Part shown: positions 44,008 to 51,422 of the stretch, piece by piece
Layout: each line of letters opens with the position of its first letter
Position numbering within the stretch: position 1 is the first letter of the stretch
DNA from: Syntrophales bacterium
Lineage (GTDB): Bacteria > Desulfobacterota > Syntrophia > Syntrophales > UBA2210
DNA length: 64,000 nucleotides
Direction: 5' to 3'
NCBI GenBank assembly: GCA_963662405.2
Contig: CAXXKT010000001.1
Location: forward strand, 2,400,001 to 2,464,000
Position numbers and translations under genes: made by a program
The notes under the pieces: model-generated
Seen by the model: the letters and a program-made list of their open reading frames with translations, nothing else
Databases searched by the model: none
Told to the model about the DNA's origin: nothing

Positions 44008-44811
44008 TCATTTATCCCACCACTTGCCCTTTTCATCTTCCGGCCTGTCTGTTACTTCCCGGAGATACCGGCCCACCTTTTCAAGCTTGACTACCTTTTC
44101 CAGGCAACCCGTTCTCCGGTGAAACTCTACCCGGACCTTTGCCCGGTTCTCTCCATCCTTCGGGGTCCGCTGTATCATCAAAACGCTGTCGCTTTCCTGA
44201 GAGACAAACGAGCTATCCCGGATTGATTCATAAGACAGGTTGCCCTCTGATTTGCCCTTCACGGTATGGCACAAGAGAAAGATAATCAGGCCATTATCCA
44301 CCGCCAGGCTCTTCAGTCGTCTAATGACCGCGCCGATATCAAGGCTTGGGTTCCGGCTCCTGGCAATGTCAAACAAGTAATGAAGGTGATCGATGAAGAC
44401 CACGCGGGTATGGTACTTGATAAACGATTCAAGGATTCTGTCTTCTAACCACTTCATGTCGTGTGCTTTTAGTTTTGACGGCATATAGACAAACGGGACT
44501 TTCTGAAACTGTGACAGGAATTGACGCGCCGGGACTTCATAGGAAAACCACAGCGGGAAGATTTGCTGTTTTATCATTTCCACCGTGAAGCTCTGACAAA
44601 GGAGCGTCTTTCCCCCTTTGGTGTAACCTGATACCGCGTACACCTCCCCGGCCTGAAAACCCTCAATGTAGCGGTCAAGGGTAGGGATACCGCTCTTGAC
44701 GGTAACCACCGGCTCCGCCGTGCTCTCCAAGGCAAGGGAAAGCTCCGGCGCACTTATGACCCGATCCTCACCTTGATAGTTTTTTAAGCTCTCTTGCCGT
44801 TTCGCGGTCAT
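44008..44811 (-). CDS. DnaB-like helicase, C-terminal ATPase domain only
   Basis: SGIPTLD.YIEGF..GE, SGYTKGGKT (Walker A), VFIDHLHYL, IRDSSFVSQESD. Confidence 0.85.
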   Translation of the reverse strand: MTAKRQESLKNYQGEDRVISAPELSLALESTAEPVVTVKSGIPTLDRYIEGFQAGEVYAVSGYTKGGKTLLCQSFTVEMIKQQIFPLWFSYEVPARQFLSQFQKVPFVYMPSKLKAHDMKWLEDRILESFIKYHTRVVFIDHLHYLFDIARSRNPSLDIGAVIRRLKSLAVDNGLIIFLLCHTVKGKSEGNLSYESIRDSSFVSQESDSVLMIQRTPKDGENRAKVRVEFHRRTGCLEKVVKLEKVGRYLREVTDRPEDEKGKWWDK

Positions 44812-45118
44812 TCAAGATTTCCTTTCTCAATGTTTCAATCGTGTTCATGTCCTCTGCTATCAGGCCCCGGATTAACTCTTGCATGTCCGGCTCTGCGCCC
44901 TCCGCCAGGGCAACCTCAATGCCTATTAGTTCCGTCAAGACCTGCATGTGCTCCCGGCTTTCCCGTTCATATTCCCGGTAAAGTTCCCCCACGTAATCAC
45001 TCTTAGGGATGTTTCCTTCCCGCTCCTGTCTCTCTTTCTCCGCAACCTCCGCCCGTTCTTTCTCTGACAGGAAAGGGGCAACTTCCTTGAATGCCTCTTG
45101 ACGGTTATTCCCAACCAT
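44768..45118 (-). CDS. Hypothetical acidic helical protein
   Basis: Overlaps both the initiator and helicase genes. Confidence 0.6.
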   Translation of the reverse strand: MVGNNRQEAFKEVAPFLSEKERAEVAEKERQEREGNIPKSDYVGELYREYERESREHMQVLTELIGIEVALAEGAEPDMQELIRGLIAEDMNTIETLRKEILNDRETARELKKLSR

Positions 45119-45752
45119 CAGCGGCCCCCTTCGGTTCGTCTATTTCGTCTTCCCACCGGCCTTGATTCAACCAGGTGGAAGCGTGGGGGATATACTTCTT
45201 GTCCTGCCATTGCTCAGAGTGTTTATGCAGTTCAAGGATTGAGAGAAGTTCATCAAGGGGGGGAAGGTCCCCGTTTCTTTTCTTCCAGGCCTTCCATGCT
45301 GCATCTTTTCCCACCTTCCGAGGATACGCTTGCCAGAAGGTGAGGAAATTTGACGTATATATATTTTCTTTCTTTACATTCTTGTATGTTGCCACTTGTT
45401 TGTCGTTTTGCGTGTCGTTTTCGTTTTCTTCGTTCTGGTAAGTGTTCCAATTCACTATGGTAATTATCGAAAATTTGTTTGTCGTTTTGCGTGTCACATT
45501 TCCGGCCTTTTCCAGAAATTCAAGGATAGTGCGGATTTCCCGGATTGTAAGGCCCGTTTCCTCGGAAGCTACCCGTAACCCAAAGATGAATTGTCCCGGC
45601 ATCAGGTGCACAACCTGCAACCCCACAATCGCGTCGTATTCCTTGTGGGATGCTTTCATCAGGCAGTAGGTCCAGAAAGCCCATAGCTTGTGATTCCTAA
45701 CCCAACCGGCATCAAGGGACCTGCGCCACAATTTGACATAGCCTTGATTCAT
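45105..45752 (-). CDS. Phage-type replication initiator (replisome organiser-like)
   Basis: GYVKLWR, winged-helix N-terminus, ITIVNWNTYQ; FWQAYPRKVGK..A...W, PHASTWLNQGRWEDE. Confidence 0.85.
   Translation of the reverse strand: MNQGYVKLWRRSLDAGWVRNHKLWAFWTYCLMKASHKEYDAIVGLQVVHLMPGQFIFGLRVASEETGLTIREIRTILEFLEKAGNVTRKTTNKFSIITIVNWNTYQNEENENDTQNDKQVATYKNVKKENIYTSNFLTFWQAYPRKVGKDAAWKAWKKRNGDLPPLDELLSILELHKHSEQWQDKKYIPHASTWLNQGRWEDEIDEPKGAADGWE
45396..45495. repeat. 21-bp direct repeat (putative iterons) inside the initiator gene
   Basis: TTGTTTGTCGTTTTGCGTGTC at 45396-45416 and 45475-45495. Confidence 0.75.
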
Positions 45753-45955
45753 TTTCCGGCTCCTAGCTGGTATGCGTGCGGATCGTCGAACCTTGTATTG
45801 AAGAGGACTGTTAACTCTTCCTCAGTCGTCTTAACCCGTCCCTTATCATTTGCCAGTTCCGCGATTAACAGAAACATGTTCGCGCCCAGGGGGTTTTGGT
45901 GATATAGGCGGTCGTACCGTTTCTTGAATTTCCTATTAGGTTTGAAAGTTATCAC
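45749..45955 (-). CDS. Hypothetical protein
   Basis: 4-bp overlaps with both neighbours. Confidence 0.65.
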   Translation of the reverse strand: MITFKPNRKFKKRYDRLYHQNPLGANMFLLIAELANDKGRVKTTEEELTVLFNTRFDDPHAYQLGAGK

Positions 45956-46170
45956 TGCAAGTCCCTCAATGTTTCATTGACAATACTATCCACTTGGTCA
46001 TCTTCCACGGCGAACGATTCAAGGTAGGCATCAATCCAATCGTACTTAATCAAGATTGTGCCGCTCGGTATGCGGGAATGCCTCAACCCATCCTTTAGCC
46101 AATCCCGCATGGTTCTTTCGCTTATTCCGGCGTATTGTGCAGCGAGTTTTATTTTTGCCCAACCATTCAT
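45952..46170 (-). CDS. Excisionase/AlpA-like HTH protein
   Basis: AAQYAGISERTMRDW. Confidence 0.75.
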   Translation of the reverse strand: MNGWAKIKLAAQYAGISERTMRDWLKDGLRHSRIPSGTILIKYDWIDAYLESFAVEDDQVDSIVNETLRDLQ

Positions 46171-46188
46171 GATTTGCCCCGTATTACC

Positions 46189-46392
46189 CTAACCCCGAAA
46201 AACCTCACTCGGATTTACATCAAGGTAGCTTGCAACTTTCTTTTCGATGTCAGGTGTTCCGATCCCATACTTGATAAGTGTAGATATCCGGCTTTCAGGA
46301 ATATCTGTTTCAAAAGCGAGCTGCCTTTGGGATATTTGCTTTTTGAAGAGCAGCATTTTCAAGGTTTCGTTTGGCCTGTATCTCGTACCCAT
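46189..46392 (-). CDS. XRE/Cro-like HTH regulator
   Basis: ISQRQLAFETDIPESRIS...KKVASYLDV.PSEVF; CAGGAGG RBS. Confidence 0.8.
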   Translation of the reverse strand: MGTRYRPNETLKMLLFKKQISQRQLAFETDIPESRISTLIKYGIGTPDIEKKVASYLDVNPSEVFRG

Positions 46393-46477
46393 GAGTAACC
46401 TCCTGAAAAAGTATTTCTTAAAAATGGAAGCAAAATTTTTTTGCCTTTCTACTAAGGGTAAAAATGTAACAGGATTT

Positions 46478-46709
46478 TCATAGTTTTTTCTTTATTCGCG
46501 CCACCACATTTCTAACATTAACCTCAGTCAAATCAAGCATTTGGGCTATTGCGCGATATGTTTTACCAGCAACCAAAAGTGTAACAATCTGCTGTTCCCT
46601 TGGTGTTAATTGTATGCGCCGTTTGGGTGATGGAAACTTGCCGTGACGTGGAACACCGATAGTTATTTCTCTTTGCGGTGTTTCCTGCTTTTTTGTTCAA
46701 GGCTTTCAT
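46478..46709 (-). pseudogene. LuxR-type HTH protein (array unit 0), one extra base in T6 run 46689-46694
   Basis: MKALNKK joins QETPQREITIG...LTPREQQIVTLLVAGKTYRAIAQMLDLTEVNVRNVVARIKKKL only if one base is removed. Confidence 0.65.
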
Positions 46710-46770
46710 AAGCTCACTTCGGTAATCCTTGCCTTTCTACTAATAGTAAAAAAGGGGGTCAAAAACGTAA

Positions 46771-46908
46771 CTATTTGAGGTATTTTACCTTCATGCGCTT
46801 GAGATGATTTCTGAGATTTGCCCTAGTAATATTCAGTAGTTCTGCAATTTCGACCCTCGAAAAACCTTTTTCTGAAAGCGTAGCAATTTTCATCTCCATT
46901 TCAGTCAA
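46771..46908 (-). CDS. Mini LuxR/sigma-region-4-like HTH protein (unit 1)
   Basis: LTEMEMKIATLSEKGFSRVEIAELLNITRANLRNHLKRMKVKYLK; AAAGGCAAGG before TTG. Confidence 0.65.
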   Translation of the reverse strand: MTEMEMKIATLSEKGFSRVEIAELLNITRANLRNHLKRMKVKYLK

Positions 46909-46953
46909 ATGAACCTTGCCTTTCTACTAATAGTAAAAAAGGGGCTAAAACCG

Positions 46954-47085
46954 TCAAGATTTTAGGTATTTTTTCTTTGCATTTGCGTAGTGAACACCAA
47001 GGGTGTGCCTTGTTATTCTTAGCATTTTGCACACCTCGCCCCTCGACAGACCCCTTTCTAAAAGCGTCAAGATTTTCATCTCCAT
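46954..47085 (-). CDS. Mini LuxR/sigma-region-4-like HTH protein (unit 2)
   Basis: MEMKILTLLERGLSRGEVCKMLRITRHTLGVHYANAKKKYLKS. Confidence 0.6.
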   Translation of the reverse strand: MEMKILTLLERGLSRGEVCKMLRITRHTLGVHYANAKKKYLKS

Positions 47086-47142
47086 TTCCGTTAAATGAAC
47101 CTCGCCTTTCTACTAATAGTAAAAAAGGGGCTAAAAGCGTCG

Positions 47143-47280
47143 CTATTTAAGGTGTTTTTTCTTCATCCTGTGCAAATGGTCACGCAAACTTTTTTTTGAA
47201 ATATCCAATAGTTCTGCAATTTCAGCCCTTGAAAAACCTTTTTCTGAAAGCGTCGCTATTTTCATCTCCATTTCAGTCAA
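47143..47280 (-). CDS. Mini LuxR/sigma-region-4-like HTH protein (unit 3)
   Basis: LTEMEMKIATLSEKGFSRAEIAELLDISKKSLRDHLHRMKKKHLK; TTG start overlaps the upstream TGA (TTGA). Confidence 0.65.
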   Translation of the reverse strand: MTEMEMKIATLSEKGFSRAEIAELLDISKKSLRDHLHRMKKKHLK

Positions 47281-47534
47281 ATGAACCCCGCCAGGAACAC
47301 TCGGCCTCTTGCCAAAAACTCCTTGACAGTCTCAAATTCCATTGATTCCCTCCTACTTATAGGAAAAAATTGTAAAATCTTGCGTTTTGCTGAACGAATC
47401 TGATAGCTTACCTGCTCGCTCGATAATTTAAGATAAACCCCGTATTGGTTGGCTGAAGATAATCTTGATGCAATCTGCTTGTAGGTAAGACCCTCGAAGT
47501 AGAAAAGGTGGAGACACTTGTTTTGAAGGGGAGT
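47277..47534 (-). pseudogene. Sigma-70 region-4-like HTH remnant (unit 4), no start codon before the HTH
   Basis: TPLQNKCLHLFYFEGLTYKQIASRL...QVSYQIRSAKRKI; internal AGGAGG plus ATG gives a 21-aa ORF coupled to unit 3. Confidence 0.5.
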
Positions 47535-47603
47535 TCACTTAGAAATTGACTCTTATCGACTTATAGACTATGTTTTTCACAGCACCATGCAAGGTGCGGC
47601 AGT

Positions 47604-47622
47604 AGGGTGCGTATAGGGTGCG
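47604..47622 (+). repeat. Putative integrase arm-type sites (right)
   Basis: Same 19-mer as 38245-38263. Confidence 0.75.
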
Positions 47623-47697
47623 GATTACGGCAAAATATACGCAATTTGTGATAGCCAAGGGCTAGTAATATCGGTAACTTAGGGTGGCTCCTGTGTC

Positions 47698-47743
47698 CTG
47701 CAAAACCGTTATTCACCGGTTCGAGTCCGGTTGCCGCCTCCAA
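47698..47743 (+). repeat. attR (46 bp)
   Basis: Exact copy of the tRNA-Cys 3' half. Confidence 0.95.
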
Positions 47744-47842
47744 TTGTAAGGTGGGGGATAGGCCTCTGGCGTATCCCCCATCGTAGTCTTATTCGTGCCC
47801 TTTGTTCTGTTGTCCTGCCTGCCGATCTTGGAGGAGAAAGCT

Positions 47843-49219
47843 ATGGCCTTCGAAAAGAAGATCTTGTGTATCGGGGCGGGGTATGTGGGCGGCCCGACAA
47901 TGGCGATGATAGCCCATAAGTGCCCCCGGTACAAAGTCACGCTTGTCGATACCAATCCCGATCGTATCGCCGCATGGAATTCCGACACGCTCCCCATATA
48001 CGAACCCGGCCTTGATGCGATTGTAAAAGGTACGCGCGGTCAGAACCTTTTTTTCAGCACCCGGGTCGAAGAGGAGATCCGGGAGGCGGAGATTATCTTT
48101 GTCAGCGTCAATACCCCGACCAAGGAATTCGGCGCCGGCGCCGGTATGGCCGCGGATCTTCAGTATTGGGAAAAGACGGCCCGGCAGATACGAGAGGTAT
48201 CACGATCCCCGAAGATCATTGTCGAGAAGAGCACTCTCCCCGTGAGAACAGCCGTGGCGATGGAACGGATACTGACCGCCACCGACAACGGGGTCCGTTT
48301 CGATGTCCTCTCCAATCCGGAGTTCCTGGCCGAAGGGACGGGGATACGGGACCTGGAGTTTCCCGATCGGGTCCTGATCGGGTCGCATGAGACGCCGGAG
48401 GGTATCAGGGCCCGGGATGAACTGGTTGAGATCTATGAAAACTGGGTACCCCGTGACCGTATCATAACATCCAATATCTGGAGTAGCGAGTTGTCGAAGC
48501 TCGTCTCGAACGCCTTCCTGGCACAGAGGATATCCTCGATAAACGCCATCTCCTCCCTGTGTGAACAGACGGAGGCGGACGTCAGCGAAGTGGCTCGGGC
48601 GGTGGGTATGGATAGCCGTCTCGGGAACAAATTCCTGAATGCCAGCATCGGGTTCGGAGGATCATGTTTCAAAAAGGATATCCTCAATCTGGTTTACCTG
48701 TGTCGCCAGTATGGCCTCGATGAGGTTGCCGATTATTGGCACGGGGTGGTACGGATTAATGAATACCAGAAAGAACGATTTATCCTGAATATGCTGCGAG
48801 CCATGTTCAATACCCTCGTGGGCAAGAGGATATGCCTCTTCGGCTTCGCTTTCAAGGCCGACACGGGTGACACGCGGGAAAGCCCTGCGATTGCCGTATC
48901 CAGAAGGCTTATCGAGGAGCAGGCCGATCTGGTAATTACCGATCCCCGGGCCCTGGCGAACGCCGCGGCGGACCTTGCCGACCTGCAGGAAAAGGTAACC
49001 TTCGTTGCGGAGCCGTATGCGGCGGCCGCAGGGTGTGACGCCATAGCCGTCATGACCGAGTGGGATATCTACACCGCGCTGGATTTCGAAAAGATATATG
49101 CAACGATGCAAAAACCTGCCTTCATCTTCGACGGCAGAAATATCCTCGATCACCAGAGACTCTTCACGATAGGGTTCAATGTCTTTCCTGTCGGGAAACC
49201 CCCGATGACGCACTTTTAG
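47843..49219 (+). CDS. ugd: UDP-glucose 6-dehydrogenase
   Basis: GAGYVGGPT, EKSTLP, NPEFLAEG, GFGGSCF, GFAFKADTGDTRES. Confidence 0.93.
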   Translation: MAFEKKILCIGAGYVGGPTMAMIAHKCPRYKVTLVDTNPDRIAAWNSDTLPIYEPGLDAIVKGTRGQNLFFSTRVEEEIREAEIIFVSVNTPTKEFGAGAGMAADLQYWEKTARQIREVSRSPKIIVEKSTLPVRTAVAMERILTATDNGVRFDVLSNPEFLAEGTGIRDLEFPDRVLIGSHETPEGIRARDELVEIYENWVPRDRIITSNIWSSELSKLVSNAFLAQRISSINAISSLCEQTEADVSEVARAVGMDSRLGNKFLNASIGFGGSCFKKDILNLVYLCRQYGLDEVADYWHGVVRINEYQKERFILNMLRAMFNTLVGKRICLFGFAFKADTGDTRESPAIAVSRRLIEEQADLVITDPRALANAAADLADLQEKVTFVAEPYAAAAGCDAIAVMTEWDIYTALDFEKIYATMQKPAFIFDGRNILDHQRLFTIGFNVFPVGKPPMTHF

Positions 49220-49304
49220 GGAACGGTATCGGGAAATGATACCCAGGAGAGGATATCATTTCCCGGAATACAGCATTCTTTTCCCTTCCCGGAGGAGGCA
49301 AGAG

Positions 49305-50171
49305 ATGCCGATGGATATCTTGACCGGCGGCACCACACCCTGTGGTAAACAACCGATGATCATTATCCTTACCGATCTTGACGGGACCCTTTTGGATAGC
49401 GAAACCTACTCCTGCCACGCAGCCTCCGAGGCCCTGCAGGCGGTTGCCGATCTCCGAATTCCCCTTGTGATAATGAGCAGCAAGACGAGGAGTGAAATCG
49501 AATCGGTGCGCCGCGATCTGGGCAACCCTCATCCCTTTGCCTCGGAAAACGGAGGCGGCCTTTTTGTCCCGGAAGGATATTTTCCTTTCCCCACCCCGTA
49601 CACCCGCAGGGTGGAGGGATGCCTGGTCGTCGATATCGGCGTCTCCTATACGCGCCTGACGGTGTTTCTCGAGGGAATCGTCCGGGACCATTCACTCCCG
49701 GTCAGGGGGTTCCACTCGCTGTCGGTGGAAGCGGTTGCCCGCCTCGCCGGGCTTCCGCTTGAGTCGGCCGCACGGGCGAAGGATCGTGAGTACGACGAAC
49801 CCTTTCTGTTTGACGGAAATGAAGAGCAGTGGGGCCTGCTGGAGGAGATGACCGCGACGGAGGGCCTGACACTCACCCGCGGGGGACGGTTTCACCACCT
49901 GAGCGGCCCCCATGACAAGGGGACCGCCGCTCGCATGCTTGTCGAGTGGTATCGATGGTGGTATCCGGATGCCCTCATTGTCGGGCTGGGGGATGCCCCC
50001 AACGACCTGCCATTTCTGAAGGTGGTTGATTGCCCCGTTGTCGTTCAGCGACCCGGCGGGATCGTCGAGATGGGAGAGGATCTCCCGGGATTGTCGCACA
50101 CCAGCCGACCCGGTCCGGCGGGGTGGAACGAGGCCGTTCTCGAACTTATTCGCAAGGGCACATCAATCTAA
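49305..50171 (+). CDS. HAD-IIB mannosyl/glucosyl-3-phosphoglycerate phosphatase (MpgP/GpgP-like)
   Basis: TDLDGTLLD, SSKTRSE, ENGGG, REYDEPF, GGRFHHL, GLGDAPND. Confidence 0.85.
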   Translation: MPMDILTGGTTPCGKQPMIIILTDLDGTLLDSETYSCHAASEALQAVADLRIPLVIMSSKTRSEIESVRRDLGNPHPFASENGGGLFVPEGYFPFPTPYTRRVEGCLVVDIGVSYTRLTVFLEGIVRDHSLPVRGFHSLSVEAVARLAGLPLESAARAKDREYDEPFLFDGNEEQWGLLEEMTATEGLTLTRGGRFHHLSGPHDKGTAARMLVEWYRWWYPDALIVGLGDAPNDLPFLKVVDCPVVVQRPGGIVEMGEDLPGLSHTSRPGPAGWNEAVLELIRKGTSI

Positions 50172-51397
50172 CGTCGGGCAGCCCGGGTTATATGATCCTT
50201 GAGCAGATACAAGCCCAGGAGATACGGTTTCTGAGACAGGAAGGCCCGTGACTGATTCTTGACCTCCTGCTCTGCGAAATCGACGCTGTATCGGAATGTC
50301 GTATAGTCAAAGGCGAGGCTGCGTGCAAAATACAGGGGTTTCAGGGCATCGATTATCTCCTTCCGTTGCCCTTCCGACGCGTCGTCAAAGAGGAAGAAGA
50401 GCCGGTAGACGATCTGCGACCAGAGCATGATGTCCATGTCATAGTGATCGATGGCAAACATGTTGCGGACCCTGTTGTAGGCATAGGTGCTCAAGTACTG
50501 CCTGAGCAGGTGCTGGTATTCGCCATACTCGCTTCGACACTGGTTCTTGAGAGCCATGACATCTATCGAGAGTACCTGCGGCTCCATCATCTTCTTGAGG
50601 CCGTACCGGGCGACCGGCCGTGTGTCGGGATAGGGATAGGACAAACCTTCGTGTGGCGTCTCCAGCCATGCCTTTCGATGCTTCAGGAGGAGTGAAAAAA
50701 GGGTATAGACCACCTCCTCAAACATCCTGCCGAGTTTGGGGGAGCTTGCGTTGTGGATCTTATTCCCGAGTCCCGACTGGCAGATCTTGAAGTCACCGAA
50801 GAGTGCGGTCAGCGACATGAAGATGTCGACGCCGTACTGCCTCGTCATTTCATTCCAGTCCTGATCGAGCCAGTATTGAGAGAGTCGCGAGGAGAAGGCG
50901 AAGTCTCCCCCGATCGGCTGTCTGACGTCAGCCCCCGCGAGTGAAAAGACGAGCGGGTAACAGAGGTGGTTGGTAATCGTACCGTCGAACTGGTGCCGCG
51001 AATAGAGGGGAGTGACGAGATCATGCCCCCGTTTGATAGGGTATCCGAGATATTTGATCCAGTCAGGTGTAATCGACCGGAGGTCCGCGTCGACGACGAT
51101 CATGATCCGTGAGTCCACATCTCTGCAAAATTCGAAAAGATTGAAAAAATTGTTCCCCTTTCCCGTGATCCCTTCCGGTGTGGTAATGTATCGCTTTTCG
51201 ATTTTCCCCGGCACCATTGTTGAGAGAAAGACATCTTTCGTTCCATCCATGCTGTTGTTGTCACAGTTGACGATGGCACACCTGGCGTCGGGGAAGTACT
51301 TGGCAAGGCCTTCTCCCGCCACCTTGGTCACGTAACCGATGGTCGCCGCTTCATTGTAAGAAGGGATCCCGACCACGACATCGAAGGTCTCACTCAT
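50168..51397 (-). CDS. Glycosyltransferase, glucosylglycerate synthase (Ggs)-like
   Basis: VVGIPSYNEA, GKGNN, VDADLRSITPDW, DGTITN, RQPIGGDF, GVDI. Confidence 0.7.
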   Translation of the reverse strand: MSETFDVVVGIPSYNEAATIGYVTKVAGEGLAKYFPDARCAIVNCDNNSMDGTKDVFLSTMVPGKIEKRYITTPEGITGKGNNFFNLFEFCRDVDSRIMIVVDADLRSITPDWIKYLGYPIKRGHDLVTPLYSRHQFDGTITNHLCYPLVFSLAGADVRQPIGGDFAFSSRLSQYWLDQDWNEMTRQYGVDIFMSLTALFGDFKICQSGLGNKIHNASSPKLGRMFEEVVYTLFSLLLKHRKAWLETPHEGLSYPYPDTRPVARYGLKKMMEPQVLSIDVMALKNQCRSEYGEYQHLLRQYLSTYAYNRVRNMFAIDHYDMDIMLWSQIVYRLFFLFDDASEGQRKEIIDALKPLYFARSLAFDYTTFRYSVDFAEQEVKNQSRAFLSQKPYLLGLYLLKDHITRAARR

Positions 51398-51422
51398 AGC
51401 GTTTCCCTGTCATTTCACCTTT

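Larger units (their letters stand above)
46731..47289. repeat. Three tandem imperfect ~186-bp repeats
   Basis: Units start GCCTTTCTACTAATAGTAAAAAAGGGG at 46731, 46918, 47104 and end ...TTTTCATCTCCATTTC.GT.AAATGAACC. Confidence 0.92.
38152..47743. mobile_element. tRNA-Cys-integrated PICI-like phage satellite (~9.5 kb)
   Basis: att duplication, integrase, replication genes, TerS, HK97 capsid; visibly more AT-rich; no TerL, portal, tail or lysis genes. Confidence 0.85.

Noticed and set aside
46731..47289. CRISPR array
   Set aside because: The intervening segments are about 155 bp, homologous to each other and protein-coding, and no cas genes are present in the window
46441..47540. Diversity-generating retroelement or shufflon
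   Set aside because: No reverse transcriptase or dedicated invertase is present, the repeats are direct, and the differences are not confined to adenines
38152..47743. Complete prophage or canonical cf-PICI
   Set aside because: No TerL, portal, protease, head-tail connector, tail or lysis genes between the att sites
47698..47743. Second tRNA-Cys gene
   Set aside because: Only the 3' half is present; this is attR
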